From: Pseudovirgaria hyperparasitica
Lineage: Eukaryota
Assembly: GCA_010093815.1 (NCBI GenBank)
Contig: ML996574.1
Length of the DNA: 64,000 bases
Direction: 5' to 3' (one strand)
Made by a program: the position numbers and the translations under genes. The number at the start of each line of letters is the position of its first letter. Within the stretch, counting starts at the first letter, position 1. The notes under the pieces are model-generated. The model saw only the letters and a program-made list of their open reading frames with translations, was not told the origin of the DNA and ran no database searches. Positions 11,141 through 24,729 of the stretch are shown here, one piece after another.

Positions 11141-11843
11141 AAGCTGTTCATACGTATATCACACAGTCCGATCAACAGGGTGGTGTCGGCAAAAGACTAC
11201 GAGAGCTTTTGGGTTTTTCATCCAGTGATGTTGATGCACGAACATCAAGACAGCCATGGCTTATTGCCTATTTTTATGAATTGATAGCAAGATGAAGACT
11301 TGCTTGATCTCGTGCGATAGAATTCCCTTTCACACGTGGTTCGATAGTATGTCCTTCTGCTAATATTTGACGTGATGAGAACGAAAGTCCTCTTAGACCA
11401 TACGTATCTGATACACAGTCCCTCGAAACGTGCGTGACTGTTGTACCTGCAATTGCCGTATGGAAAGTGCTCAATACCCTTTCGGACTAGCGTGACCCAG
11501 ACGACTGACGCACTGCTCCGCGTCTCTCCATTCACCGGCACGTCGCTCTATACTGGAATGTTGACATCAAATTATCCTCTCTTGTCCAGCAATTACCCCC
11601 CGAGTTCGACCTGTTCAAGATATCCTCGTGCAGCTAAACTCCCAGTTGCTCTCGTCAGAGTCTGCGCGGCCTCGCAGGCAACCATGCGCCGTCCTCAAAC
11701 ACATTCGACTTAGGCGGCTCACACGTCCACTTTGATACAGCAAAGGGCACAACAGACATTGCTTTCTCCAACGGTGCTGCCCTCATTCATACTCCAGCCG
11801 CCGCCTCCGTACGCCGAGCTCATAGCGCGGCTCTATGGAGAGG

Positions 11844-13548
11844 ATGAACACTGCTGCTGTCGCGAGACCGCCCCAAACTCTCCGACAGCGACGCGAGTCG
11901 CAACGACCATCACAACTGAAGACTGCCCGCAACGGAGGCTTGGAGAATGGCGATACATCGAGTAGAGCTGAAGCCACTTCGGTGCCTTACGGTATCGTGT
12001 CTTGCCCACGCGCTCACATGAAATCTCTATACTCACAGTGTTGCAGTCAAGGACGACCAATATATCCTCCGGAAGTTCCAAGGCTTGCCTCCTTCCCTCG
12101 TCGTCCATCTCTATCCTTCATACTTTCGCATCGATCCAATTCCTGAATCTTTCGGCTATGATTCGCCTATGAAGGGCTTCCTGCAGCACATCCGAGATCA
12201 CACATTACCACATGACATATTAGAGGAGATATATGAATTGAACGCTCCGTTCTACGAAGGTAAGAACAAAATTGCGCGCGACGACTGCTCGCTGGCTAAT
12301 ATACTAACAGGTTGTCTGATCGTCCAAATCCAAAATCACAAGTCTATCAGCAACAGCCGACCCAAGAAAGGCCCAGCTAAGACTGAGAGTGATGGCGTCA
12401 AGACATTCTCCCTTCATAACAGAACCCAGTTCACGACTCCCTCTCCCTTTGTTCCCTTTGACAGTAAGCCTAATGCGCCGCAGCAGAACAATGTGAATGG
12501 TTCGAATTCCGAGGGTGCTGGCAGTGAAAATGCTGCGGAGAAGGAGAAGGAGAAGGAGAAAGAGAGGGAAAGCATGCCAGCTCCGCAGACAGCACAGCAA
12601 AAGGCAGCAAGTAACGAGCCCAAGATCTACACAGTCGTCCTGCATCCAACTGGGCTTTCCAAGCAAGAGGACATGCGCTTGCGAATGACGACCCATGTGT
12701 TTGATTCGAGCACCCTTCGCCGACAGCAAAATGGGAACCGTACTGCTGCGACGCCAACTATGGCGCAACCCCCGACACCGCTGACAGCCTTCTCTCCTAC
12801 ACTGTCCCAAGGCAAGGGATCCAACAAAGGCAGCCGTCCTCCGAAGACTCAAGCAGAAGTGTATGCGTACGAAGCAGAAGTCATCCTGCGGACGTCTGAA
12901 CAGTTATATCTTGAGCCGACCGCAACTTTTGAAGAGTCTCAACAACTAATAGACGACTTTACACACCCTAATTACAAGCATCCACCGCCTCCTCCCCGAA
13001 AGCGAAAGAGAACTGTTGCCGAACTGGCGGCGGACGATGCTGCGGCAGCCGCTCAGCAACGTTATATGCTCATTGGAGACGACCGCAAGGCAACGACTAC
13101 TACTGTGGCTACAGACGACGACGACGAAGTTCAACTTGGCGTGCGTGGAGGCAGCGCTGCCTTTGCCCCGCAGTTCTCAAGGTTCAAGACGCTCGAGAAT
13201 ATCAGAGCCGCCCATGAAGAGAACGAGAGGAGAAAGAAAGAGGAGGAGGCCAGAGCAGCCCAGACTCGCAAAGAACAACAGGAGCAGAAGAAGATTGCAG
13301 ACGCAGCGGAACAACAACAGCGTAATGAACAGTTGGCACGTCAACAACAACAAGCTCAATTGCAAGCACAGCAGCAACAGGCACAACAGGCGCAAGCACA
13401 ACGAGAGCAACAACAACAGCAACAGCAGCAGCAACAGCAACAACAGCAGCAGCAGCAACAACAACAACAGCAGCAGCAGCAGCAGCAGCAGCAACAGCAA
13501 CAACATCAACAACAGCAACAACCACAACATCAACCACATCAACAACAT

Positions 13549-13579
<31 letters not shown>

Positions 13580-15300
13580 AACAACAGCAGCAACAGCGAG
13601 GGCAGGCACAACAAGAAGCACAAGCAGTCCGCCAAGCTCAAGCCCGTGCTGCGCATCATCTCCACGCTCAACGTCAACAAGCAGCATCACCTCAAAACCC
13701 CCAGGCACAAGCCATGTCTCACGCCGCGCAACTCGCAAACCAGTCACAGCAGCAATTCAATGGGTCTCAAGGTCAACAGGGTTCACCTATCGTGCGTCAC
13801 CGTACCCCGTCGGCCTCTTCACCTAATCTTGCCTCTACCTCACACCCCATGGCCGCGCCCATGGCTGCCACAACTTCAAGTATGGGAGCTGGAAGTCCAC
13901 AGAGACCGCCTTCAGCTGTTTCACATCACCCTGGTGCCACTCCTCAGATCGGCATGGTTCGGCAGGCAAGTCAGAACCAAGGGCCAAGTCGGAACGGTAC
14001 GCCGCAATTGGTGCAAAACACGCCAAACATGAACGCTGCGGTGCCAGCGAATGGCGGCCGGATCATGACTCCACAGCCGGGCCGTGTAAATGCGCAGGGC
14101 AGTCCAATGGCCGGCGGACCGGTCATGATAAACCCACAATCGCAAGCTTTCGCACAGATGTCTCCCGAGCAGCAGCAGCAGCATATGATGATGCTCCAGC
14201 AACAGCAGCGTCGCCAGGTAGCAGCCCGCCAGGCCGCGATGGGTAACATGGCAGGATCTACGCAAGCCCAGTATATGGCAATGCGGCAGAGGCTCGGCCA
14301 GCTCCAGCTCCAAGCGCAACAACAGCCCGAGAATCAGGGCATCATGCTAGCAATTCAACAAGTCCAAAACCAGATGAGAGTGATACAGCAGCAGCATAAT
14401 CAACAACAACAACAGCAACAGCAGCAGCAGCAGCAGCAGCAACAGGGGCAGCCACAGATGTCACACTCTCCCAATCCCGGTCAGATGAATGGTGGCGTGC
14501 AAATGCGTCCACAGAACTCTCAAAACCCAACGATGATGAATCTAGCCCTGCAACAAAACGGCAATCCTGTGACTGCCCAGCAGCTGCAAGACTTCAAGAT
14601 AAGAATGCAAACACAATATCCTGACGGCAACTATCCCCCACAGATTGCCAACAACCTCAACCAAGCTGACCAGCAACTTCGGATCATGGCGAACAACCGT
14701 GCCCGCATGGTCTCGGCCCAGAACCAAGGCATGCAGCCAGGCATGGGTCAGCAGGGCATGCAGAACCTCAACGCCATGCCGAACATGAACGGCATGAACG
14801 GGGGAATGAACATGAACAATATGACTGGCATGAACAACAACATGACCGGCATGAACGGCATGGTCGGCATGCCCAGCCAACAGGGCGGCAACATGAACGC
14901 GCAGAACAACAACACGCACATGACAACGTACGCGCGCATGCTCCACCAGTCTCAGGAGAACCAGGTGCGCCAACGCATGATGATGGCCCATCAGCAGCAG
15001 CAACAGCAGCAGCGCCAGCAACAGGGTCTCGGGCCTACTAACATGCAGAACGGCGGCAGCATGCAGGGCATGGGCGGTAGCGGTGGTAGTGGTGGTGGTG
15101 GTGGCGGCGGCGGCGGCGTCGTCAACATGGGCGGTATGGGTGCTCAGATGCAGATGGCCCCGGGCCAAATGAATCCCCAGCAGATGCAGCAGGCCATGTT
15201 GCAGATGCGTATGCAGCAGCAACAGCAACAACAACAACAGCAGCAGCAGCAGCAGCAGCAGCATCAAAACAACCAAGGCGGTCAAAACGGCATGGGATGA
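11844..15300 (+). CDS. SPT20: SAGA complex subunit Spt20-family protein with very long polyQ tracts; introns about 11992-12046 and 12260-12310 (alternative start 11835)
   Basis: Spliced N-terminus PY|VKDDQYILRKFQGLPPSLVVHLYPSYFRID, PFYEG|CLIVQIQNH, KIYTVVLHPT, RKRTVAELAAD, FSRFKTLENIR; Q/N/G/M-rich C-terminus. Confidence 0.85.
13339..13596 (+). repeat. Mixed CAA/CAG repeat encoding polyglutamine
   Basis: Read directly. Further tracts at about 14390-14445 and 15214-15265. Confidence 0.95.
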
Positions 15301-15597
15301 TCCGGAGGGGATTGATTGATTGCATGCATGCATGCATACATACATGCGTGAGTTGGCATGATACATGCGCTGCGCCAAACAAAGTCATCATCATATACCC
15401 AGGCGTTTTTTTGTTTTTCTTTGGAGCGCTTTGCGTTGGGAATGAACCCTCTCTCTTGGACTGTGTGTGTGTGTGTATCATCACTATGGTATTTTCGGGC
15501 TGGGAATGAATGAGCTTCTTATTTGAAGAGCGGGTGGGCAGACATGGTCGCATGGACGCATTGTCAATGTGAGGGATGGGGAAGGGCACGGCATGGC

Positions 15598-15625
15598 ATG
15601 GATGGATGGATGGATGGATGGATGG
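15598..15625. repeat. (ATGG)n microsatellite
   Basis: Seven consecutive units. Confidence 0.9.
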
Positions 15626-16222
15626 CACGGCGTGGTCTGCATGCGATAGGATGCGATGTGAGATGATGGTATCTATCCACACACATACACACGCGTCCGT
15701 CTATAGATAGCGAGCGGCTTAATACAATTGCTATACTTGATGCTGGCTCGGGCTTGATGCTGGGTCTTGGCTTGATGCTGGCTCTGACTGTGGCTCTGGC
15801 TCTGACTGTGACTCTTGACTCGTAATGTGTTTGTTTGTGTGTTCGTCGGGGTATTTGTCTGTGTGTATACGTATGTATGTGCGAACTATAACGACCGGAC
15901 ATTGAATTTTCCAAACTTTCAAAGCTTCATGGACGTAAGTAAGCAATGCAATGCCACTCAACGAAACGCGTCCACACGAGGAATCGCACGCGGTACATCA
16001 GCAGTAAAAGGCCAGTCAGACAGTCAATTCATCCACTCATCAATCCAACATCCATACACCGCATCAAGTACAGCATTGCCATAAACGTCATTGCAACCTT
16101 TTCCTTTCTCCATTCATCCATTCCTTCCACACATACATACATACATCCTACATGCCCTCCTGGCATACAACCCCCTACTACACCCCATCATCCTCACGAC
16201 CATCCATCCACCCACCAACCAC

Positions 16223-17766
16223 TCAATCACGCCCACCAACCCTCCTCTCGAAATCCTCCTCCATGCGCACACCCTCAACAACCTCAACCCTCTTCCCCAA
16301 ACCCACCATATCGCTACTCTGCCACCACTTCGCACTACCAGTACCACCACCACCAGCAGCACTCTCCCTCCCCTTCCCTCTACCCTTACCCAAGCCAGTA
16401 TCCGCGCCCCTACCACCACCAGCAACAACAGCATCACTCTCCTCATCATCATCATCCTCGGTATCAATCAGCCCGCCCAAGCCACCTCCCGCAGCACCGA
16501 CAACAACGACAATCTGCGCGACCCAGTCACGCAGCAGGGCGACATTCTCGCCTGCGTCGCCGGCGAGGCTATCGGTCAGGTAGACGAGGTCGGGCGCGAG
16601 GTGTCTGAGCATGTGGACGAAGCCGGAGGGGGTGTTGAAGGGCATGACGCAGGAGTCTGAGTCGACGAGGCGGAGGGCCTGGGCGTGGATGTCTCGGAGG
16701 GCGGGGGTGCTGTCGGGGGGTTGGGTGGCGGAGAGGGCGGGGGTGGTGCCGGGAGTGTATTCGGGGCGGGGGTCGAGGGTGGTGAGGTCGTCGCCGGGGG
16801 TGTGGGCTGCTGGGGTGCTGATGGCGCTGTAGGAGGAGCCGAGGGAGGCGGCGTGGAGGGAGGAGCGGCGGGATTTGGGGGTGGCCGGCATGTAGATGAG
16901 GATGAGGAGGTTTGTGGAGCGAGCGGAGGGGGGGAGGTGGGAGAGGATGGACTGAGGGGGATTGTGGTTAGTGATTTGGATGATACGGAGGGACCGGAAC
17001 GGAGGGGGACACGGAAGAGGGGGAAAAGGGAAAGGGGGTGTAAACATACAGCATTCTCAGAGAAATGATCTCCAGCATCATGCAACTCCTCCAACGCACT
17101 CTCCGCACTCAACACCACCGCAACAGTCTTCCTCTTCTTCCCCCCAGCACCAGCACCAGCACCAGCACCTCTCACACCCTCCGCAAACGCACCCGCATCC
17201 ACCACACCCCCGGTCGCACTCCTCTGCACGCTCTCCTCACTCCACCGCGCATGATCCCCAAAATCATCCCTCCCCTCCTCCTCGCGAATACTCTGCAGCG
17301 CACCACCCACCATCGCCCCCGCCGCCGCCACCCCAGCAACCACATTCCTGCGCGCCAGATCAAACGCCTGCTGCGGCGACGGCGTGCGCCGAATCGTATG
17401 GCTCATACGCGCCATGAACCCTGCGTCGTCGGGCGGGTACGCGCCCGGCATGTCTGCACCATGTCTCGCATCCGTCTCGCCTCCAAGAACGCCTTGGCTC
17501 TGGGCGTATGTGGTGCTGTTGTTATCCTTATTCTTATTGCTGTTCCGTGCCCGGGCATCGGTATACGGATCACCGTAGCTGAGATCCGTGTTCGTGTCGT
17601 CGTCGCTGGAATCGTCGTTGTTGCGCGCGCTCCAGACCCAGGCTGCGAGGCCGCCGGCGGCGAGCGTGGCGGTGATGAGGAGCGGGACCCAGTAGCCGAG
17701 GGTTGTGCGCCGCGTGGGCGGCTGGTTGCGACGGCGGCGGTCGTAGCGGTCGTAGGAGAAGGACAT
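16223..17766 (-). CDS. Pex22-like peroxisomal membrane protein (Pezizomycotina type); exons 17766-17050, 16951-16223
   Basis: Basic N-terminus followed by a TM segment (RRTTLGYWVPLLITATLAAGGLAAWVW); RRTPSPQQAFD, KRKTVAVVLSAE, SILSHLP, GFVHMLRHLAPDLVY, GLIDTEDD. Intron GTATGT...CTAAC...CAG. Confidence 0.75.
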
Positions 17767-18405
17767 TACTTTTCTTTTTTCTTGGTTGTTTGTTTCGGGT
17801 CGGGTGTGTGTGTACGTGTGTGTTGTCAGGGCGTGTTATCGGCTTTTACATGTTCGGGTGAGCGAGTCGTGCGCGAGTAGTGAGAAGGGCAAAGGATCGG
17901 GGGGGTTCTGATGATTTGTTTGTTTGTTTGTTTGTTCGTGTGATGGACTGCCGCTGTTTGGATCTGGTATTGAAGTTGGAGAACTCGCGGTGGCTGGGAG
18001 AGCGGATGGAGGAGTGAGCGGAGGAGAGAGTGAAGTGAAGCTAGCGGTGTTGATGTTTTGGTGGCTCGTGCGTGCGGCGGCCGAGGGAACGGGAAAAGGG
18101 TAAATCCACGTGTGGCTGGGGAGTCGACAGCCGACGACGACGACGACGACGATCACGTTCACGCCGGCACGACAGAGTCAGAACCGAATTGATGGTGGAG
18201 CATTCTGATGATAACATATACAAAGCTCGTAATAACTGCAGTATGTCTGCCCTTCACCCTCGCAGACAAGACATCCCCAAGCCCCAGCCTGCCCACCCAT
18301 CAACCCCTATCATGCACTCCATAACCACATATCCGAACACCTCACCCCCCAGACCACAAGACCACAAGTCCGCAAGACCCCAAGACAACAAGACAACAAG
18401 ACAAT

Positions 18406-20601
18406 CTACCCCGTCTGCCTCGGCGACAACACCCCCTCCAACACCCCCTCAGCACCACCACCACCACCAACAACCTCCATCTCCTCCCTACAAGCCTTAA
18501 CCTCCCACTCCTCCGGACGCTCATCAACCCCATCCAACGCCTCACTACCCCCCCTACTCCGCGGCCCCTCCAGCATCTTCGCAAAGATAGACGGCTTCCT
18601 AGCCCCGCCGCGCTTAACATTAAGCCGCGATAACGACGACGGCGGCGGCGGCGGCGCAAACACAGAGCCACGCATCATCATACCCCCTGGCCTGCCCGCC
18701 TCCTTCTCCTTCTCCTTCTCCGCCGTCCGATCCGTCGAGCCAAGCTTCCGCCCGACGAAACCGCGACTCTGACGACTGACGCCGCTCTCGCCAGACGTGC
18801 CGGTAGCAACGGACTGAGTCGACCCGGTAGCAGACGTCGTCTGAGATCCGAACTTGCCCTTCTTGTTCTTCTTCTGCTTCCCGGCCAGTGCGGGCGAGAT
18901 CGCAGGCGTGGGAATGGAGAGCGTGAAGCCGGGCAGATTAGCCGTCAACTTCGCCCTAAACCTACCTGCTCCGGCCTCAAGCTTATGCTGTCGGGGCGTC
19001 GGGAGACCATCGTCGTCAGGCTCAGGGAAGAAAGACGGAGCGGGCTCGCTGCCCTCCTTTCTCTCCAGAAGATCCAGGAGGGGCTTGCCGGCATCGTGCT
19101 CGAGAGACTCGGCAGCCATACCCGGCGCGGACGACGCAGGCGGCGCAACAGACTCGTCCGAGAAGACCGCTTTGACATGCTCCGGCCCTTGCACACCACG
19201 CTTCTGCCGCAAGCGCTTATACTCGAGGTAATCATCCACCTCGTCCGCGAGCGGATGCCGCAGCACCTCATCCATATCCACCTCCTCATTCGGCTCGCGC
19301 TGGAACGTCACCTCGAAAACCAACACCGGCTCACCGTCATCCACCATCCCACCACCACCACCCCCCGTCCTCCGCACCGGCTTAATCGACCACCCGATAA
19401 CACGATGCCTAGACGAACGCCATCAGCAAACCCCTAACTACAAAAACCAAGCACTGCCTACAATCCATCATACCGAATCCCGACCTTGGGCGCCCACAGC
19501 GAATTCAGCGCATGCGAGCGCAACACGCGCACCGGCCACCGCGCCTTGGAATCCGCGCCCGTGAGCCGGAACCGGCCGCGATCGCGCGCGCCGCATCGGT
19601 AGGTAAATGTATGCGGCGACGAGCCCTCGACCTCCGAGTCGTCCTTGAGCACGACGGCGTAGGCGCCGTGCTCGTCGAAGCAGACGCCGCCGTCCGTGGT
19701 CTCGATGTCGATGATGCCGGCGTGGCAGGCGAACATGCCGTTGATCCACCACCTTTGCTCGGTCGGTCAGCTTCTTGTCCTGGCCTGGCCTGTACAGGGC
19801 CACGACGACGATGATAAGGACGACGATGACTCACGACCCCGGCACAAAGCCCAACCCGCCATGCTTCTTCGAGCGCGCAGGCAACAGCCGCTCCGGACAC
19901 GAAAAGCTCCACAGCTTCAGCAGGCCCTGTCTCGTATATCAGCCCCCTGTTTTCGCCCTCCCCTTTTCCTCTTTCTCCCCATCCCCTCCCCCCTCCCCTA
20001 AAAGTAAAGTAAAAAAAAGAAAAAGACTCACAGCCCTCGCCAAATCCCCCGTCCCCGCAACCCCAACCAACCTCCCCCCAACCCCAAACAAAAACGGCCT
20101 CAACGCATCCAGCCTCCCGAACCGCGCCTCCCAAACCCCCACAAGCCCATCACATTCATCCGCCAACTTGCCCGGCCAGCGCGTCGCCTTGCCTGCGATT
20201 TCCATGACGGCGAAGTGCAGGCGTGAGGAGCGGAGGGTTGAGGCTGTTATTTCGGCTGTTGGTGCTGTTACTCCGCCTACTGTTCCAGCTCCGCCGCCTG
20301 CGGTTGTAGTTGTAGGCAAGCAGGACCCATCAGCACGCACCCGCACAAACAAGTCGTGTAGTGTGAGGACGTCGTCCGGGTGGAGTACGTCGGGCCCCTC
20401 GCGCGCGACGAGCGGGTCGAGGTCGTTGCGGATCCAGGAGGCGACGAGGCGGAGGTGGTGTTTTGAGAGGGGGATGGGGGAGAGGGCGGAGAGGGAGGGG
20501 GGCAGGGTTGGGGGGCGGGGGTTGTGGCGGGTGTTGGTTGTGGTGCTGGATGTGAGAGGGAGAGGGGGGCGTTTGTGAGGGTGGGTTGTTGTCCAGGGCA
20601 T
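18406..20601 (-). CDS. SRA/YDG (PUA-like) domain protein; exons 20601-20032, 19926-19835, 19752-19462, 19408-18406
   Basis: Splicing three GT-AG introns gives HGGLGFVPGSWWINGMFACHAGII...GAYAVVL...PVRVLRS...WAPKVGIRYDGLHRVIGW, the SRA signature. Confidence 0.8.
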
Positions 20602-21111
20602 TGTTTTGGAGTGTGTTTTGTGGTTTGTGGTTGGTGTGGGATGGTTGGGGAGAGGGTGTGGTGGGTTGTTGGATCTGAGGATGGAGTGTTTGTGTTTGTC
20701 CTGTTTTGTTATTGCCGACGTATTCACTCTCGCCTTGACGCTACCTGCCTGCCTACCTTCTTACCCATCACTCCCTTCCCACCCACGACTTCCTCCGTAC
20801 GAAGCCCGCATATAAGCAAGTTGGTCAGTAAGTAGCCAGTCGCGAGACAAGTACAGGTAGAAGACCAGAGCAGTAGCAGAGGAGTGTCAAGGGGAAAGCG
20901 CCATCCATCAAGCACCATCCATCAAGCGCCACCCATCGAGAACCCCTATAGGATACAGATATGGTCAACGAGCAATGACGATAGAATAATAATAATAGAA
21001 TCATTAGGCCGAGACGGAATAATCCCCCCCCCCCCGTATATCAACGCGAATCGAGTACATATATATACGTAGAAAAGCACCACCCATCAACACACACAAA
21101 CCAACGACTAA

Positions 21112-23958
21112 TCAGTACCGCACAAACTTGACCCGTCCCCGTATACCCACCGGCAAATCATCCACATCCACCAGGCCCAGCGAGACGGCGTCGCCCCAGA
21201 AGAACAGGGCGCGGTCGTGTGCGTAGGCGAGGTAGTCGAATTCCTCCTCTTCTTCTTCTTCTTCTTCTTCTTCTTCTTCTGCTTCGTCGTCTTCCCCTTT
21301 TTCGTCTCCGTCCACCTCTACGTCCTGTACGTCTCCTTGCTTTCCCTGTTCTCCGCCATCACGCCCACGCTCATTCCCATCCAGCGTCGCCGTGTCTCTC
21401 TCACCACCACCACCACCACCATCCACACCAGCCACACTCTTCCCTTCCCTCTGCCCCTCCGGCAACCCCGGCACCTTGGCCTGCACCACACCCCACGCAA
21501 CCCACTGCGCCGAGTTCGCAAGGCGCCACACGCGCGTCTCGGCCATCAGCCGCTGCACCTCCTCCTCGGTGCGCGCCTCCATTTCGGCGTCTTCCTTGGC
21601 GACGGTATCCTTGCTGGTCATGTCCTTGAAGGTGCGGGAATCAGGGCTCTGCGCGGGCAGGGAAGGAGGAGCGCGGGAGTCGAGCATAAAGGCTGATATG
21701 ATACTGCTAGCCGACGACTGGGTGTGCGGCACAGCACCATTGGCACCAGCAGACGCAGACGCAGACGGATACGACGACGAACGGGCAGCAAGCAGGGGCG
21801 TAGGCGGCGTGCTGACGCTCGAAAAGGCCGGGCGGTGCAGGACGTACGCGCGGATAAAGCGGTGCTGCTCGGGCGGAGAGGGGTAAGCGGCCGTGTTGAC
21901 GGCATGTGCGGCGTCCGGGTCGTGGTAGTTGTAGCACCACTCGGTGAAGTGGTTTGCAAACTCGAGCCCGGGCAGGTTTGCGTTTGCGTATTCAAAGTCG
22001 ATGACGACGAGTTGTTTGTGGACGTTTGCGGGGAGGAGGAGCGGGGACTCGCCCGAGGGGGTCATGCGGAGGATGTTGCCGTATTGTGTCTGTTGGGAGG
22101 CATGTTAGTTGTCTGGTTTACGGATCCTGCAAATTCATCTTATGACGACCTACATCGTTGTGGGCAAAGACCAGCCGTTGCTTGAGCTTCTCCGCGCCCC
22201 CGTACTGCTCGTCCAGCCAGGTCCGATACTTGTCCACCGTCCGTCGGAATGTCGCCCACGGCACACCACAGACGTAGCCGCGTGTCTTCCAGGCCTCCCC
22301 CTTACTCGAGCCGCCGCCCACGCCATCTGCCCTCTCAACAGCAGCAACAGCATCGACCTGGCCGTCCAGCCAGGTCACGACCTGCTCGCATCGGTCCACC
22401 CACTTGTCCCAATTCCTCCATACAAACGGCCCGTCCTCGCGCTCCTGGGGCAGCAGATCAATCCCCTCGTGCAGCTCACGCATCCGCTTCGCAATCTGTC
22501 TGGACGTCTCCGGGATGCGCAGGTCACGCGGCGTGAGCGGCTCAGCATGGAGGAACTCCTCGAAGCGGCCGTTGATGAACGTGCCCAGCAGACGGGGCCC
22601 GATGCGTTTGCGCGCGAGACGGCGGAGGATCTGCAGCTCAGACTCGCGGTCGATCAGATGCTCGACTTGCGGGCCGTAGATGCGGAGGAGGAGTTTGCTG
22701 GATTGATGTTCCGTTAGTGGCACGGGCGGGGATTGTGTACTGGCAACAAACTTACGGAGGGGGTTTCTGCGGCTGCGGCACGGGTACGCCGTCTTTGACA
22801 TCAGCCGCCTCGGGTACCTGTGGCAGCTCTTTTGGTGGACTGACAACATACACGGCGTTTGTCAAGGCACCACTCAGCCGACACACCTCAATCTCGTCGG
22901 AAAGCTCGCGTGGCACCTTTCTCCAGCCCTTGAGTCGCAGGGTGTGGGTCAAGCGGACAATCTCGGACTTGAACGTCGTCCACGCCTGGCGATCGCGCTC
23001 TTTGGTGGTGGCAGTGCTGGCGCGTCGGGCGTCTGCAGCTGCAGGTTCGCTCTGACCGCCAGAGTAGGCCATCGTCTTGGAGTTGTCGAGAATGACGTCC
23101 GCGGTGGGCACATGGGGCTCGGAGTCGATAGTCTCTGTATCCGACGAGGCCAGATGAGATCTGCGGCGCGACTTGCTGAAGGAACCGGATCTTTTGTGAA
23201 GCACGCTGAGCGGGTTCCTGCGACTCTGGCCATGGCGCTGACTCTTCTCCGCCAGCATTGCCTTTTCCAGAATGGCCGTCAAGCTCTCGAGCGCGGCGGA
23301 GCCTTCGTCGGAGCTGTCAGAGTCGCGGCGCTCTCCTGACCCTGCTCGTTCACTTTCCCGCCGAACAGCATCTTCCGCCTCCACCACCGCCGCCAACTTC
23401 CGCGCCTTTCTCGCCGCCCTCCTCGCACTCCGCCGCTCCCTCTCCAGCCTCACCCAAGCACTGACCTGCGCAACAACACCATGCTCCCCCTGAGCGCCCG
23501 TCTGGCCACCGCTCTCGAGCCGGTCCGACGACGAGACATGAGGATACTCCTCGGTCGAGGGATTCAGAGCACCCCCAGCAGCTTTCTCCAGCGAAGGACG
23601 GGAGCCATGGCGACGTTTTCCAGCCAAGGAGGCGGGGAAAGGCCTGCTCTTAGAGGCGCCGTCGAGCTCGAGCGGGTCTTCAGTCGTGGTGGGATCCTTG
23701 TGGGCGCCGATAATTAAGGGCGAGATGCGCTCTGACTCGGCGATGGAGACGCCTAGGCGGAAGAGCATGTGGTGAGTATTGGGCGTGGTACATATGTATA
23801 CATATATACAGACACACTTTGAAGAAAGAAACAGAGAAAGCAAAGAATGTACAGCACAGAACGGAAGTATCAAACTTACATTTCACAGCCTTGTTCCGCG
23901 GCGAGCACGAGGCATTATTACTGTTGCTGTTGTTCGTGTTGTTGATATCGTCGGCCAT
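21112..23958 (-). CDS. Choline/ethanolamine kinase; exons 23958-23880, 23752-22756, 22697-22154, 22089-21112
   Basis: RLSGALTNAVY, KLLLRIYG, IGPRLLGTF-NGRFEE, VFAHND|TQYGNILR (Brenner motif), VIDFEYA, EFANHFTEW, FDYLAYA. Confidence 0.95.
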
Positions 23959-24729
23959 GATTGAACGAGGGGCTTCCGTGGGGAGGGGAATGTGACAGCA
24001 AACAGCGCCCGGTGAGAGTAAAGTGTAACGATGGATAGATATCCAAACCGGAACGAGAAGACACGCACAGAAAACAATCAAGTTTGTCCCTCGATACTAG
24101 CTACTGTATGATAAAGTAAGACGCGAGTTCTGTAGCAAGCAGTAAGTAAAAGAAGAGCAGTACAATGAAGTCCAGTCGGTCCAGTCCAGTCTTATCTATA
24201 CCAGGCCATGTTAGCATTATCTGGACAACAAAGAAGCGGAATAACACCACAAGTCGGCATGACAGCTTACCTTTGCCTTGCCTGCGCAAATACACGTATT
24301 GTTTGATATAAACGCGTGGAGTTGATCAGTTGTTGGACAGTAAGAAAGAAGGGGAGGCGATGTCCGGACACTAATTATTCCTGCAGTAATAAGTTGGTAG
24401 CAAGGTGGGAGGAATGGGTGTGCAGGATTGGGTGCCTTAGGCATCCACGATTGGTGTCATACGTGTGTTGCATCCATGTGAAGATATTGTAGTACGGCGA
24501 TACAGAAATACAGAAGATGTACATGTAATTATTCTACGAGGGCATTTGCTTTTCCCAGTTCATAATGTCGTGCCAGTCAGTCACCCGCAGAAACGCCATG
24601 CTCTATAACCCCCCCCCCCCAAACTGCCCGCCATCAAGACAATGGCAGTTCCCCGTCATTATATATGTATGTATACTACAGAGAGACGTGTTTTGTGTCC
24701 AGCATGTCAGGCATGTCAGGCATGTCACG

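Noticed and set aside
13016..15378. Long alternative-frame and antisense ORFs (polyN/S, polyL, polyV/A)
   Set aside because: Shadows of the Spt20 CAA/CAG repeats.
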